This document shows, piece by piece, positions 63,907 through 64,000 of a stretch of 64,000 bases of DNA. The position numbers and the translations under genes were made by a program. The stretch is from the NCBI RefSeq assembly GCF_018977255.1, contig NW_024704743.1, forward strand, positions 59,336,001 through 59,400,000. Direction: 5' to 3'. The notes under the pieces were generated by a model, which saw only the letters and a program-made list of their open reading frames with translations, was not told the DNA's origin and ran no database searches. Position 1 is the stretch's first letter; every line of letters begins with the position of its first letter. Source of the DNA: Callorhinchus milii (lineage: Eukaryota).

Positions 63907-64000
63907 CTAACAGGCAATAATAATGTTTGACAGTTAGTTTGTTATAATAAATATACTAAAGGGCAGCAAGACTGGGAGCATCATTTAATGAGGCTGAATT

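Overview
Vertebrate genomic DNA, most likely a cartilaginous fish (inferred from Deu-domain/SacSINE1-like SINEs, abundant L2/CR1 LINEs and a Penelope-type palindromic element). The minus strand carries a complete asparagine synthetase gene (ASNS): 11 coding exons from 22842 to 11084, all GT-AG, 569 aa. It has a candidate ATF4/C-EBP promoter near 26.8 kb and a second GC-rich 5' exon near 24.3 kb. The last two exons of tachykinin precursor TAC1 lie at 61565-61784, also on minus, and encode a neurokinin-A-like peptide HKLESFIGLM-GKR. Most of the rest is retroposon-derived: two L2 families (one near full length), deleted CR1 copies, two related SINE families, an unclassified poly(A)-tailed element, and minisatellites. 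Most ORFs in the supplied track are by-products of these repeats. Best second-look items: a 225-bp palindromic insertion with hammerhead-ribozyme-like cores and a 15-bp TSD; a SINE subfamily whose 3' loop matches the young L2 tail; a decayed duplicate ASNS exon downstream of the gene; a 6-aa tandem duplication in ASNS; and a distal copy-like ATF4 element with a splice donor. No CRISPR or prokaryotic system is present, and I cannot support a wholly new protein-coding system.
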